The translations under genes and the position numbers were made by a program. Positions 11,381 to 21,185 of a stretch of 64,000 nucleotides of DNA are shown piece after piece. Numbering within the stretch: position 1 is the first letter of the stretch; the number at the start of each line of letters is the position of its first letter. The notes under the pieces are model-generated. The model saw only the letters and a list, made by a program, of their open reading frames with translations, was not told where the DNA came from and did not search any database. Source of the DNA: Anaeromyxobacteraceae bacterium (GTDB taxonomy: Bacteria; Myxococcota; Myxococcia; Myxococcales; Anaeromyxobacteraceae); assembly GCA_047602405.1 (NCBI GenBank), contig JASGHJ010000001.1:1-64000 (forward strand), given 5' to 3'.

Positions 11381-11554
11381 GGTGCAGGGAGGTTACCGCA
11401 CCTCGCCGGCGTCCCGCCCGCCCTCACGTCCCTGGGGCGTGTCCCCCAGCCCTCACGTCCCTGGGGCCCGCCCCCGTCTGGTCACGCGGCGGGTACCCAG
11501 TTCGTACGACGTACGACGAGGTCCGGCGCCCGCGTAGGATGCGGGGTCTGCCTC

Positions 11555-12884
11555 ATGCCGCCCCCTTTCCTCCTCACGTCCGCGACGTACTACGGCACGC
11601 TCGCGGCGGCGCGGGCGCTCGGCCGCGCGGGCATCCCCGTGGTGCTCGCCGACGGCGCGCTCATCGCCCACACGCGCTGGTCCCGCCACGTGACGCGCCG
11701 CGAGCGCCTGCCGCGGGGGGCGGGGCCGGCCGCGCTGCTCGAGCGGTTCCTCGAGATCGGCCGCGCCGCGCCGGGCATGGTGCTCTACCCGACGAGCGAC
11801 GACCTCGCCTGGCTGTTCGCGGCGCACCGCCACCGGCTCGCCGAGCACTACCGCCTGCTCTCGCCGCCCGTGGACGTCGTCTACGGCTTCCTCAACAAGC
11901 GGCGGCTGCACGACCTCTGCCTCGAGGCGGGGCTCGAGGCGCCCGTCACCCACTTCCCGGCCGACGTCGCCGAGGTGGAGCGGCTCGCCCACCGGCTCAC
12001 CTACCCGGTGATGGTGAAGCCGCAGACGCAGATCTTCTTCGACACGAAGGTGAAGGGCCGGCGGGTCGACCACCCCGGCGAGCTCGTCGCCGCCTACGTC
12101 GAGTTCGTCCGCCGGAACCGGTACCACCCCGAGATCGTGCGGGCCGAGCCCGGCGTCGTCCGCCCGATGATCGAGGCGTTCCACGTGGGCGCCGCCGAGA
12201 CCATCCACTCGGTCGCCGGCTTCGCGGCCCCCTCCGGCGAGGTCGAGCTGCGCGCGGCCACGAAGCTCCTCCAGTGGCCGCGCAAGATTCGGCACCGGCA
12301 TCTGCTTCGAGGCGGAGCCGGTCGCGCCGGGCCTGGCCGGGCGGCTCGCCGCGCTCTGCCGGCGCGTCCGGTACCACGGCGCCTTCGAGGTCGAGTTCAT
12401 CCAGGAGGGCGACCGCAACCTCCTCATCGACTTCAACCCGCGCTTCTACGGGCAGATGGGCTTCGAGGAGGCGCGCGGCCTCGAGATCTCGCGGCTGGTG
12501 CACGCCGCCGCGTGCGGCGACGCCGCCGAGGTGTCCCGGCTGCTCGCCGCCTCCCGGGCGCACCCGGAGCGCCACGCCACCGCGTTCTGCAACCGCAACC
12601 TCTTCGAGCTCGCGACCCGCGGCCAGCGGGCCCTCGGCGTGCTCGGCGGCGAGGAGTACCGGCGCTGGCGGGCGTGGGAGCGCCGCCACCGCGCCACCTG
12701 CGCCGACGCGGTCTGGGCCGACGACGACCGCGTGCCCGGCCTCGTCGACTTCCTGCAGCACCTCGCCGGTGCGGCGCGCCGCCCGCGCGGCTTCCTGCGC
12801 ACGCTGCTCGAGCTCGGGCCCGACCACGCCGACCCGCCGCCCTCCGGCGCGCGCGGCCCGGCGGCGGCCGAGCCGGCGCCCTAG
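11555..12884 (+). CDS. ATP-grasp carboxylate-amine ligase-like protein, ~442 aa (best copy; +1 error at about 12288)
   Basis: YYGTLAAARALG, LYPTSDD, LNKRRL, YPVMVKP, QWPRKIGTG, YHGAFEVEF, IDFNPRFYG are ATP-grasp motifs. Confidence 0.85.
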
Positions 12885-13152
12885 ACCTGGCGCGCCGCGC
12901 GGTGCACCACCTCGCGCAGGCGGGCCGGCTCGAACGGCTTCTCCACGCAGGCGACCTGCGTGCGCTCGAGGAACGCCCGCGAGCGCTCGGTGAACGCGCC
13001 GCCGGTCACGAACACGAAGCGCGCCGCGAGGAACGGGTCGTTCGCCGTGACCCAGTCGTGGAGGTCCATGCCCGTCATCCCGGGCATCATGAGGTCGCAG
13101 ACGATCGCGGCGAAGCGCTCCCCGCCCTCGAGCCGGCGGCGGGCGTCCTCGG
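12881..13152 (-). CDS. C-terminal receiver domain of a gene truncated at the palindrome centre
   Basis: AEDARRRLEGGERFAAIVCDLMMPGMTG...TGGAFT...EKPF; N-terminus missing. Confidence 0.8.
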
Positions 13153-13430
13153 CCGAGGACGCCCGCCGCCGGCTCGAGGGCGGGGAGCGCTTCGCCGCGA
13201 TCGCTCTGCGACCTCATGATGCCCGGGATGACGGGCATGGACCTCCACGACTGGGTCACGGCGAACGACCCGTTCCTCGCGGCGCGCTTCGTGTTCGTGA
13301 CCGGCGGCGCCGTTCACCGAGCGCTCGCGGGCGTTCCTTCTGAGCGCACGCAGGTCGCCTGCGTGGAGGGGCCCGTTCGAGCCGGCCCGCCTGCGCGAGG
13401 TGGTGCACCGCGCGGCGCGCCAGGTCCAGG
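13153..13430 (+). CDS. Same truncated receiver domain, right-arm copy with indels
   Basis: CDLMMPGMTGMDLHDWV...FVTGG, then frameshifts. Confidence 0.65.
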
Positions 13431-14758
13431 GCGCCGGCCGGCCGCCGCCGGGCCGCGCGCGCCGGAGGGCGGCGGGTCGGCGTGGTCGGGCCCGAGCTCG
13501 AGCAGCGTGCGCAGGAAGCCCGCGCGGGCGGCGCGCCGCACCGGCGAGGTGCTGCAGGAAGTCGACGAGGCCGGGCACGCGGTCGTCGTCGGCCCAGACC
13601 GCGTCGGCGCAGGTGGCGCGGTGGCGGCGCTCCCACGCCCGCCAGCGCCGGTACTCCTCGCCGCCGAGCACGCCGAGGGCCCGCTGGCCGCGGGTCGCGA
13701 GCTCGAAGAGGTTGCGGTTGCAGAACGCGGTGGCGTGGCGCTCCGGGCGCGCCCGGGAGGCGGCGAGCAGCCGGGACACCTCGGCGGCGTCGCCGGCACG
13801 CGGCGGCGTGCACCAGCCGCGAGATATCGCAGGCCGCGCGCCTCCTCGAAGCCCATCTGCCCGTAGAAGCGCGGGTTGAAGTCGATGAGGAGGTTGCGGT
13901 CGCCCTCCTGGATGAACTCGACCTCGAAGGCGCCGTGGTACCGGACGCGCGGCAGAGCGCGGCGAGCCGCCCGGCCAGGCCCGGCGCGACCGGCTCCGCC
14001 TCGAAGACAGATGCCGGTGCCGATCTTGCGCGGCCACTGGAGGAGCTTCGTGGCGCGCGCAGCTCCGACCTCGCCGGAGGGGGCCGCGAAGCCGGCGACT
14101 GAGTGGATGGTCTCGGCGGCGCCCACGTGGAACGCCTGGATCATCGGGCGGACGACGCCGGGCTCGGCCCGCACGATCTCGGGTGGTACCGGTTCCGGCG
14201 GACGAACTCGACGTAGGCGGCGACGAGCTCGCCGGGGTGGTCGACCCGCCGGCCCTTCACCTTCGTGTCGAAGAAGATTCTGCCCCTCTGCGGCTTCACC
14301 ATCACCGGGTAGGTGAGCCGGTGGGCGAGCCGCTCCACCTCGGCGACGTCGGCCGGGAAGTGGGTGACGGGCGCCTCGAGCCCCGCCTCGAGGCAGAGGT
14401 CGTGCAGCCGCCGCTTGTTGAGGAAGCCGTAGACGACGTCCACGGGCGGCGAGAGCAGGCGGTAGTGCTCGGCGAGCCGGTGGCGGTGCGCCGCGAACAG
14501 CCAGGCGAGGTCGTCGCTCGTCGGGTAGAGCACCATGCCCGGCGCGGCGCGGCCGATTCTCGAGGAACCGCTCGAGCAGCGCGGCCGGCCCCGCCCCCGC
14601 GGCAGGCGCTCGCGGCGCGTCACGTGGCGGGACCAGCGCGTGTGGGCGATGAGCGCGCCGTCGGCGAGCACCACGGGGATGCCCGCGCGGCCGAGCGCCC
14701 GCGCCGCCGCGAGCGTGCCGTAGTACGTCGCGGACGTGAGGAGGAAAGGGGGCGGCAT
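13428..14758 (-). CDS. ATP-grasp ligase-like protein, right-arm copy with several indels
   Basis: ORF pieces 14141..14758 and 13314..15017 reproduce the left-arm protein. Confidence 0.75.
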
Positions 14759-14796
14759 GAGGCAGACCCCGCATCCTACGCGGGCGCCGGACCTCG

Positions 14797-14892
14797 TCGT
14801 ACGTCGTACGAACTGGGTACCCGCCGCGTGACCAGACGGGGCGGGCCCCAGGGACGTGAGGGCTGGGGGACACGCCCCAGGGACGTGAGGGC
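14797..14892. promoter_or_regulatory. Divergent promoter with a 19-bp direct repeat and a 15-bp palindrome (mirror at 11420-11516)
   Basis: GCCCCAGGGACGTGAGGGC at 14845-14863 and 14874-14892; TCGTACG-T-CGTACGA at 14797-14811. Confidence 0.5.
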
Positions 14893-14931
14893 GGGCGGGA
14901 CGCCGGCGAGGTGCGGTAACCTCCCTGCACC

Positions 14932-16335
14932 TTGGGTGCGAAGAGAATCCTCAAGCGGCTCCTGACCCCCGCCGCCCGCGCGCTCGCTCGCGGCGCCTCG
15001 CCGTTGCCGCCCGCCACGTGGGGCCTCGAGGTGACCGCGGGCGGCCGCCTCTCCCTCGCGGGGCAGCCCCTCTCGGAGCTGAGGGCGCGCTTCGGCTCGC
15101 CGATTCTCGTGGTGCTCGGGGACCGCCTGGCCGCGAACGCGCGCGCCTGGCTCGCCGCCGACCGGCCGGGGCTGCGCCCCGACGTGCACGTCTCCTACAA
15201 GACGAACCCGGTGCCCGGCGTCCTCGCCCGGCTGCACGCCGCCGGCCTCGGCGCCGAGGTCATCAGCGCGTACGAGCTGTGGCTCGCGCGGCGGCTCGGC
15301 GTCCCGCCCGACCGGATCACCTTCAACGGCCCCGTGAAGGCGCCGGACGCGCTCCGGGACGCGATCGCCGCCGGCGTGCTCCTCAACGTGAACCACCCCG
15401 AGGAGCTCCCCGAGGTGGCCGCCGCCGCGCGCGCCGCCGGCCGCCGCGCCCGCGTGGGCGTGCGGGTCGCGACCACGCGCGGCTGGAGCGCCCAGTTCGG
15501 CGCGCCAATCGCCGGCGGGGCCGCGCTGCGCGCGCTCCGCGCCGCGCAGGGCTCGCCCGACCTCGAGGTGGTGGCCCTGCACGCGCACCCCGGGGGCATG
15601 CAGCGCACCCGCGAGGACGCCCTCCAGCACGCGCGCGAGGTGCTCGCGCTCGCCGACGAGGCCCGCGCGGCGCTCGGCCTCGAGCCCGGCACCCTCGACC
15701 TCGGCGGCAGCCTGGCCACCCCGACCGTCGCGCCGCTCGGCGCCCTCGCGCGCCGGCTCAACTCCGCCCTCGACCTCGACCACCCGCCGCCCGACCCCGC
15801 CGCGACGCTCTCGCCGCGCGGGTGGGTGGACGCGCTCCTCGGCGAGGTGGAGGCGCACCACCGGCGGCTCGGGCGCCCCGCCCCGCGGATCGTCCTCGAG
15901 CCCGGGCGCGCGCTCTTCGGCGACGCCCAGCTCCTCCTCGCGAGCGTGCACGCGGTGAAGGACCCCGCGGCGGAGCGGCCCTGGGTGATCCTCGACGCCG
16001 GCATCAACCTCGCCGAGTGCGTGCGCGGGGAGTTCCACCAGCTGTACGCGGCCGACCGGATGGCCGAGGCGCCCGGCGGCCCGCAGTCGCTCGTCGGGCC
16101 CATGTCCAGCCCCGGCGACCTCCTGCGCGCCTCGGTGCGGCTGCCGCGGCTCTCCCCGGGCGACGCCCTCGCGGTGATGGACGCGGGCGCGTACTTCGTC
16201 CCCTTCGCGAGCTCCTTCTCGTTTCCCCGCCCGGCGATCGTGATCGTGGAGGGCGGCGAGGCGGCGCTGCTCCGCCGCGCGGAGACCTTCGAGGACCTCG
16301 TCGCGCTCGACGTGGCGGAGGCGGGGACCGGATGA
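14932..16335 (+). CDS. Fold-type III PLP-dependent decarboxylase (diaminopimelate/ornithine/arginine decarboxylase family), substrate unknown
   Basis: SYKTN (PLP lysine), GAEVIS, FNGPVK, HAHPG, DLGG, EPGR, DAGAY. TTG start. Confidence 0.9.
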   Translation: MGAKRILKRLLTPAARALARGASPLPPATWGLEVTAGGRLSLAGQPLSELRARFGSPILVVLGDRLAANARAWLAADRPGLRPDVHVSYKTNPVPGVLARLHAAGLGAEVISAYELWLARRLGVPPDRITFNGPVKAPDALRDAIAAGVLLNVNHPEELPEVAAAARAAGRRARVGVRVATTRGWSAQFGAPIAGGAALRALRAAQGSPDLEVVALHAHPGGMQRTREDALQHAREVLALADEARAALGLEPGTLDLGGSLATPTVAPLGALARRLNSALDLDHPPPDPAATLSPRGWVDALLGEVEAHHRRLGRPAPRIVLEPGRALFGDAQLLLASVHAVKDPAAERPWVILDAGINLAECVRGEFHQLYAADRMAEAPGGPQSLVGPMSSPGDLLRASVRLPRLSPGDALAVMDAGAYFVPFASSFSFPRPAIVIVEGGEAALLRRAETFEDLVALDVAEAGTG

Positions 16336-18167
16336 GCGCCGCCGCCCGGCCGCTCCCGCCGCTCGAGTCCGCCCGGCGCTCGCTGCTCGGGGTGGCGCTC
16401 TGGGTCGTGCCCGCGACCGCCCTCCAGTTCCTGATCACGACCGTGATCGAGCTCGGGGACGGCCAGCTCTCCCCGCACGCCGCCTTCCGGTTCGTGGCCC
16501 TCCTCGCGCTCGGCGCCGGCGCGTGGGGGTTCCGGCGGCGCGTCGCGATCGCGGGGGCCCTCCTCTTCCTGCTCGTCCTCGTGCTCGCCACGAGCGCGGC
16601 CGCGAGCTACGGCCCGCTCGCCGGCAACGGCGCGTACCTCCTCCTCGCCTGCTTCGTGGCGGCCGCGTTCCTCCCCTGGCGCTGGGCGCTCGTCGCCTCG
16701 GGCTTCGCGATCGCCGCCTTCGCGGCGGTGGGCGTCGCGCGGGTGGCGGGGCTGCTCGGCGCGCCGGACGGCGACCTCGCGGACTTCTCCCGGCCGGGCC
16801 CCTGGGTCCGCACCGGCACCGCGCTCGCGCTCACGGTGGGCGTCGTGCTCGCGCTCAGCCTCGCCGTGCAGCGGCTGCTCCACCGGGCGATCCAGGGCGC
16901 GCTCGAGGCCGAGTCCCGCGAGCTCGAGCAGGTCCGGCGGCACGAGCGCGAGACCACCCTCGCGAACCGGGCGCTGCGGGTCCTCCTCGAGTGCAACGAG
17001 GCGCTGGTGCGGGCGCGGTCCGAGGTCGAGCTCCTGCGCGAGCTCTGCCGGAGCGTGGTCGAGACGGGCGGCTTCGCCTACGCGTGGGTGGGCGACGTGC
17101 GCGACGATCCCGATCGCTCGATCCTCACCGCCGCGAGCTGGGGACCGCACGACGACTACGCCGCCGGGCTGAGGCTCACCTGGGCCGACGCGGAGCGCGG
17201 CCGCGGCCCGGCCGGCACCGCGGTGCGCGAGCGCCGGATGGTCCTCTTCCGGGACCACGCCACCGAGGAGCGCTTCGCCCCCTGGCGCGAGAAGGCCGCC
17301 GCCCACGGGTTCGTGGGCTCCATCGCGCTCCCCCTGGTCGGGCCCGACCGCTGCTTCGGCGTGCTCGCGTTCTACGCCTCGGAGCGCGACGCCTTCGACG
17401 GTCCGGTGGTGCCGCTCCTCCAGCAGCTCGCCGACGACCTCGCCTACGGCATCGGCGCGCTGCGCGACCGGAACGCGCTCGCCGCCTCGCGCGAGGAGCT
17501 CCGCGGCCTCGCGGGCCGCATCGACGAGGCGCGCGAGGAGGAGAAGGCCCGGCTCGCCCGCGACCTCCACGACGACATGGGCCAGCTCCTCACCGCGGCG
17601 AAGATGGACCTGCGGTACCTCGAGCGGAAGCTCGCCGACCTGCCGCCGGACGCCGCCGCGGGCGCGCTGCTCGACCGCACCCTCGAGGCCACCGAGCTCG
17701 TCGACCAGGCGGTGTCCTCCGTCCGCCGCATCGCGGCCGAGCTCCGCCCGCTCGCGCTCGACCAGCTGGGGCTGCCCGCCGCCCTGCGCCAGGAGGGCCG
17801 GCGCTTCGAGGAGCGCACCGGCATCGCCACCGCCGTGGACGCGCCGGACCTCCCCGGCGAGCTGCCGACCGCCGTCGCGACCGCGCTCTACCGCATCGCG
17901 CAGGAGGCCCTCACGAACGTCGCGCGCCACGCGCGCGCCGGGGCGGTGCGGGTGGCGCTCGCCGTCGAGGGCGGCCGGGCGCGGCTCGAGATCCGCGACG
18001 ATGGCTGCGGGCTGCCCGGGCCGGGCGCGCGCGGCCGCGGCATGGGGCTCCTCGGCATGCGGGAGCGGGCGGAGCGGCTCGGCGGCGAGGTGTCCGTCGA
18101 GGCCGCGGCGAAGGGCACGCGGGTGACGGCGGTCCTGCCGCTCGGGGCCGCGGAGGCGACGCCGTGA
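16332..18167 (+). CDS. Sensor histidine kinase: multi-TM N-terminus, GAF, HisKA_3, HATPase
   Basis: About 6 hydrophobic helices; GAF (GRGPAGTAVR, SIALPL); LARDLHDDMGQ; YRIAQEALTNVARH, DDGCG, GMGLLGMRER. ATGA overlap with the decarboxylase stop. Confidence 0.93.
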   Translation: MSAAARPLPPLESARRSLLGVALWVVPATALQFLITTVIELGDGQLSPHAAFRFVALLALGAGAWGFRRRVAIAGALLFLLVLVLATSAAASYGPLAGNGAYLLLACFVAAAFLPWRWALVASGFAIAAFAAVGVARVAGLLGAPDGDLADFSRPGPWVRTGTALALTVGVVLALSLAVQRLLHRAIQGALEAESRELEQVRRHERETTLANRALRVLLECNEALVRARSEVELLRELCRSVVETGGFAYAWVGDVRDDPDRSILTAASWGPHDDYAAGLRLTWADAERGRGPAGTAVRERRMVLFRDHATEERFAPWREKAAAHGFVGSIALPLVGPDRCFGVLAFYASERDAFDGPVVPLLQQLADDLAYGIGALRDRNALAASREELRGLAGRIDEAREEEKARLARDLHDDMGQLLTAAKMDLRYLERKLADLPPDAAAGALLDRTLEATELVDQAVSSVRRIAAELRPLALDQLGLPAALRQEGRRFEERTGIATAVDAPDLPGELPTAVATALYRIAQEALTNVARHARAGAVRVALAVEGGRARLEIRDDGCGLPGPGARGRGMGLLGMRERAERLGGEVSVEAAAKGTRVTAVLPLGAAEATP

Positions 18168-18796
18168 TCAGGGTCCTCATCGTGGACGACCACCCCATGC
18201 TGCGCCGCGGCCTCGAGCAGGTGCTCGCCGAGGCCTGGCCGGGGGCGCGCTGCGCGGGCGTGCCGGCCGCGCAGGACGCGCTCGCCGCCCTCTCGCGCGA
18301 GCCCTGGGACGTGGTGCTCGTCGACCTCAACCTGCCCGGGCGCGACGGGCTCTCCCTCCTCTCCGAGATCCGGCGCCTCCACCCGCAGCTGCCGGCGCTC
18401 GTCCTCACCTCGCTCCCCGAGGACGAGTTCGCCGTCCGCTGCATGCAGCTCGGCGCCGCCGGCTTCCTCACGAAGGCGAGCGCCGGCGACGAGCTCGTGA
18501 GCGCGGTCAGGAAGGTGCTCGCGGGCGGCAAGTACGTGACCGCGTCGCTCGCCGAGAAGCTCGCCGCGCTCGTCGGCGGCGACTTCGAGCGGCCCGCCCA
18601 CGAGGCGCTCTCGAACCGGGAGCTCCAGGTGCTCCGCCTCGTCGCGACCGGCCTCTCCTCGAAGGAGATCGGCGTGGAGCTCCACGTCTCGGAGAAGACC
18701 GTGACGACCTACCGGGCCCGCATCGCCGACAAGCTCGGCATCTCGTCCAACGTCGAGCTCACCCGCTACGCGCTCAAGCACCGGCTCGTCGACTGA
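18164..18796 (+). CDS. NarL/FixJ-family response regulator
   Basis: GTGA overlap with the kinase; VDDHP, VDLNLPG, TK, C-terminal LuxR HTH. Confidence 0.94.
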   Translation: MIRVLIVDDHPMLRRGLEQVLAEAWPGARCAGVPAAQDALAALSREPWDVVLVDLNLPGRDGLSLLSEIRRLHPQLPALVLTSLPEDEFAVRCMQLGAAGFLTKASAGDELVSAVRKVLAGGKYVTASLAEKLAALVGGDFERPAHEALSNRELQVLRLVATGLSSKEIGVELHVSEKTVTTYRARIADKLGISSNVELTRYALKHRLVD

Positions 18797-18919
18797 GGTC
18801 CCGGCCCGGTGCCGGGCTCCCGGCCCGGTTCGACGCTGCGTCCGTAGGGCTTCACCCGACGCGACGACCGGTGGAACGCAGGGCAGCGGGGCGGACGGGC
18901 GGGTGGCATCCTCCGGGGG

Positions 18920-19303
18920 ATGGCCCACCGGGACCCCCCGCGGATCCTCCTCGTCGAGCCCTCGTCCCCCGTGCGCGAGCGGCTCGTCGGCGCGCTCCTG
19001 GACGGGCGCGACGCGGACGTGATCATCGCGGTGGCCCACGCCTCGGAGGGGCTGCGCGCCCTCGAGCAGGCGCCGTTCCTCGCGGCGGTGATCGACGCGG
19101 AGTGCGAGGGCAACGCCGGCGTGACGCTCGCGGCGACCATCCTCCACCGGTGGCCCGCGACGGCGGTCCTGCTCCTCGCGGGGGACCTCGAGGACGAGCT
19201 CCTGCTGCGGGCGCGCCGCCTCGGCGTCCACCGGGTGCTCCAGCGGGACGACACCGCGGGGCTCACCCAACTCCTCGGCGCGATGGCCCGCCCGGTGGCG
19301 TGA
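18920..19303 (+). CDS. Atypical (pseudo-)receiver-domain protein
   Basis: Receiver-like beta/alpha pattern; VEPS replaces DD and there is no KP motif. Confidence 0.65.
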   Translation: MAHRDPPRILLVEPSSPVRERLVGALLDGRDADVIIAVAHASEGLRALEQAPFLAAVIDAECEGNAGVTLAATILHRWPATAVLLLAGDLEDELLLRARRLGVHRVLQRDDTAGLTQLLGAMARPVA

Positions 19304-19424
19304 CCCCGACCCACACACCTCCGGGTGTCGGGGCTCCCCCTTCACGGCGCGTGGGAACCACCCACGGCACGATCGGGCACGGGCCGACGCGCGCGGGCCG
19401 GCGCCCTGCGCTACCTTCCTCGCC

Positions 19425-19889
19425 GTGAAGGACGAGGACCTCGAACCCACCGACGATCCCGCGGCCGGCGCGCGCCGGACCCCGGTCCCGGCCGCGCCGC
19501 GGACGGCGACCGCCGCGCGCCTCTCCGTGCTGGTGGTGGACGACGAGCCCCTCGTCTCCCGCGCGGTCGTGCGGCTCCTCGCGGCCGAGCACGCCGTGTG
19601 CGTCGCCGAGACCGCCGAGGACGCGCTCGCCACGATCGAGGGCGGCGACCGGTACGACGCCGTGGTCTGCGACCTCGCGCTCCCGGGCATGAGCGGCTGC
19701 GACCTGCACGCGCGGATCGCGGCGCGCGACCCCGCGCTCGCGCGGCGCTTCGTGTTCCTGACGGGCGGCGCCTTCACCGACGCCTCCACCCGGTACCTCG
19801 CCTCGTGCGACGTGCCGTGCGTCGAGAAGCCGTTCCAGGCCGACCGCCTGCGCGAGGCCATCCGCGCGGCCGCGGGGCGGAAGGGCTAG
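19425..19889 (+). CDS. Single-domain response regulator
   Basis: VDDE, CDL, TG, EKPF. Confidence 0.9.
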   Translation: MKDEDLEPTDDPAAGARRTPVPAAPRTATAARLSVLVVDDEPLVSRAVVRLLAAEHAVCVAETAEDALATIEGGDRYDAVVCDLALPGMSGCDLHARIAARDPALARRFVFLTGGAFTDASTRYLASCDVPCVEKPFQADRLREAIRAAAGRKG

Positions 19890-20402
19890 TCCGGGCCGCC
19901 GGGCGGTGGCCCGCCCGGTCGCGACGCCGCGTGGCGCTCGCGCCAGAGCCCTCGCGCGAGGTAGGCCGCGATCCCGAGGTTCACGAGGAGCACCGCGAGG
20001 CGGACCGGGCTCGCCCGGTGGACGATCGCGCGCACCTCCCAGGGCACCGGCGAGAGCGACGCGACGAGCACGAGCCAGGCGCCCCACCGCCGCCCGCGGT
20101 GGAGCGCCCAGGCCTCGAGCGTGGAGAGCGCCGCCTCGAAGGCGAGCCCGAGCTCCACGAGGCGCAGCCGGTGCCCCTGCGCGACGAGGCCGAGCGCCCG
20201 GCTGACCCAGAATCGCGAGCCGGTTCGAGAGGTGGTGGTGGGCCGCCGCGGCGAGCCGCTCGGCGAGCGCGGCGTCGCCGCCGCGGGCGAGCGCGACGAT
20301 GGCCACGAGGAGCGCGAGCACGAGGACCGACTTCGCCGCCTTGTAGACGACGATGGCCCGCGTCCCGGCGTCCTGCGCCCCCTCGACCATGCGGGCATTC
20401 AA
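19886..20402 (-). CDS. DUF2127-like membrane protein (+1 error near 20211)
   Basis: Mirror of intact 5911-6426. Confidence 0.7.
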
Positions 20403-20534
20403 CCGCGTGCTCGGCCGGCCGTGGGCTGCCCTTCTGAGGGCCGGTGTCAGAGGGCGGGGCTAGGTTCCGTCCCTCACCATCGCAGCGGCGCCGCCGAGCT
20501 TCGGAAGCCAAGGCGCCGTCACAAGGAGCAGTCC

Positions 20535-21017
20535 ATGGTCAACCGCGTCATCCTCGTCGGCAACCTCGGCAAGGACCCCGAGGTCCGCTACACCTCCGGC
20601 GGCCAGGCCGTCGCCAACCTCCGCATCGCCACCTCCCGCTCGTGGACGGACAAGCAGTCCGGCCAGCGCAAGGAGGAGACGGAGTGGCACGACGTCGAGG
20701 TCTGGGGGAAGCAGGCCGAGCAGTGCGGCGAGTACCTCGCGAAGGGCCGCCAGGTCTACGTCGAGGGTCGCCTCAAGACCGACAAGTGGCAGGACAAGCA
20801 GACCAACCAGGAGCGCTACAAGGTCAAGGTGGTCGCCGAGACCGTGCGGTTCCTGGGCGGCCGCGGCGGCGCGGGTGGCCCCGGCGGCGGTGGTGGCGGG
20901 GGCGGCGGCGGTGGCCGGTCCTCGCACGACGACATGGGTCCGCCTCCCGGCGACATGGACGACGGCTCCCACGGCGGCGGTGGCGGCGGCTCCGGGCCGG
21001 ACGACATCCCGTTCTAG
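20535..21017 (+). CDS. ssb: Single-stranded DNA-binding protein
   Basis: AAGGAG RBS, OB-fold motifs, DDIPF tail. Confidence 0.97.
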   Translation: MVNRVILVGNLGKDPEVRYTSGGQAVANLRIATSRSWTDKQSGQRKEETEWHDVEVWGKQAEQCGEYLAKGRQVYVEGRLKTDKWQDKQTNQERYKVKVVAETVRFLGGRGGAGGPGGGGGGGGGGGRSSHDDMGPPPGDMDDGSHGGGGGGSGPDDIPF

Positions 21018-21185
21018 GCGGCGCGCTGCGCCCAGGGCCCACGGAGCGCCTCACGGCGCCCGCGGGCGCTGCGTCATGGCCCGCGGGCCTCATCGCGGGC
21101 CCCTTCGCCAGGGGACAAGCCCCTGGTCAGCACCGGGCCAGGCGCGCCGGCGTGGTAGGCTCCGGACCTCGCCGTCGCCTCCCTC

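Noticed and set aside
14932..16335. Calling the decarboxylase lysA because dapC/D/E are nearby
   Set aside because: It is over 12 kb from the dap operon, sits in a signalling operon and lacks the GPxCE motif, so family-level call only.
18843..19365. Weak GTAGG/GTGGG-type inverted repeats upstream of the small receiver genes as NarL boxes
   Set aside because: Only 5-6 bp arms with variable spacing, which is expected by chance at this GC content.
20860..21000. GGC-rich tandem repeat
   Set aside because: It is the ordinary Gly-rich SSB linker.
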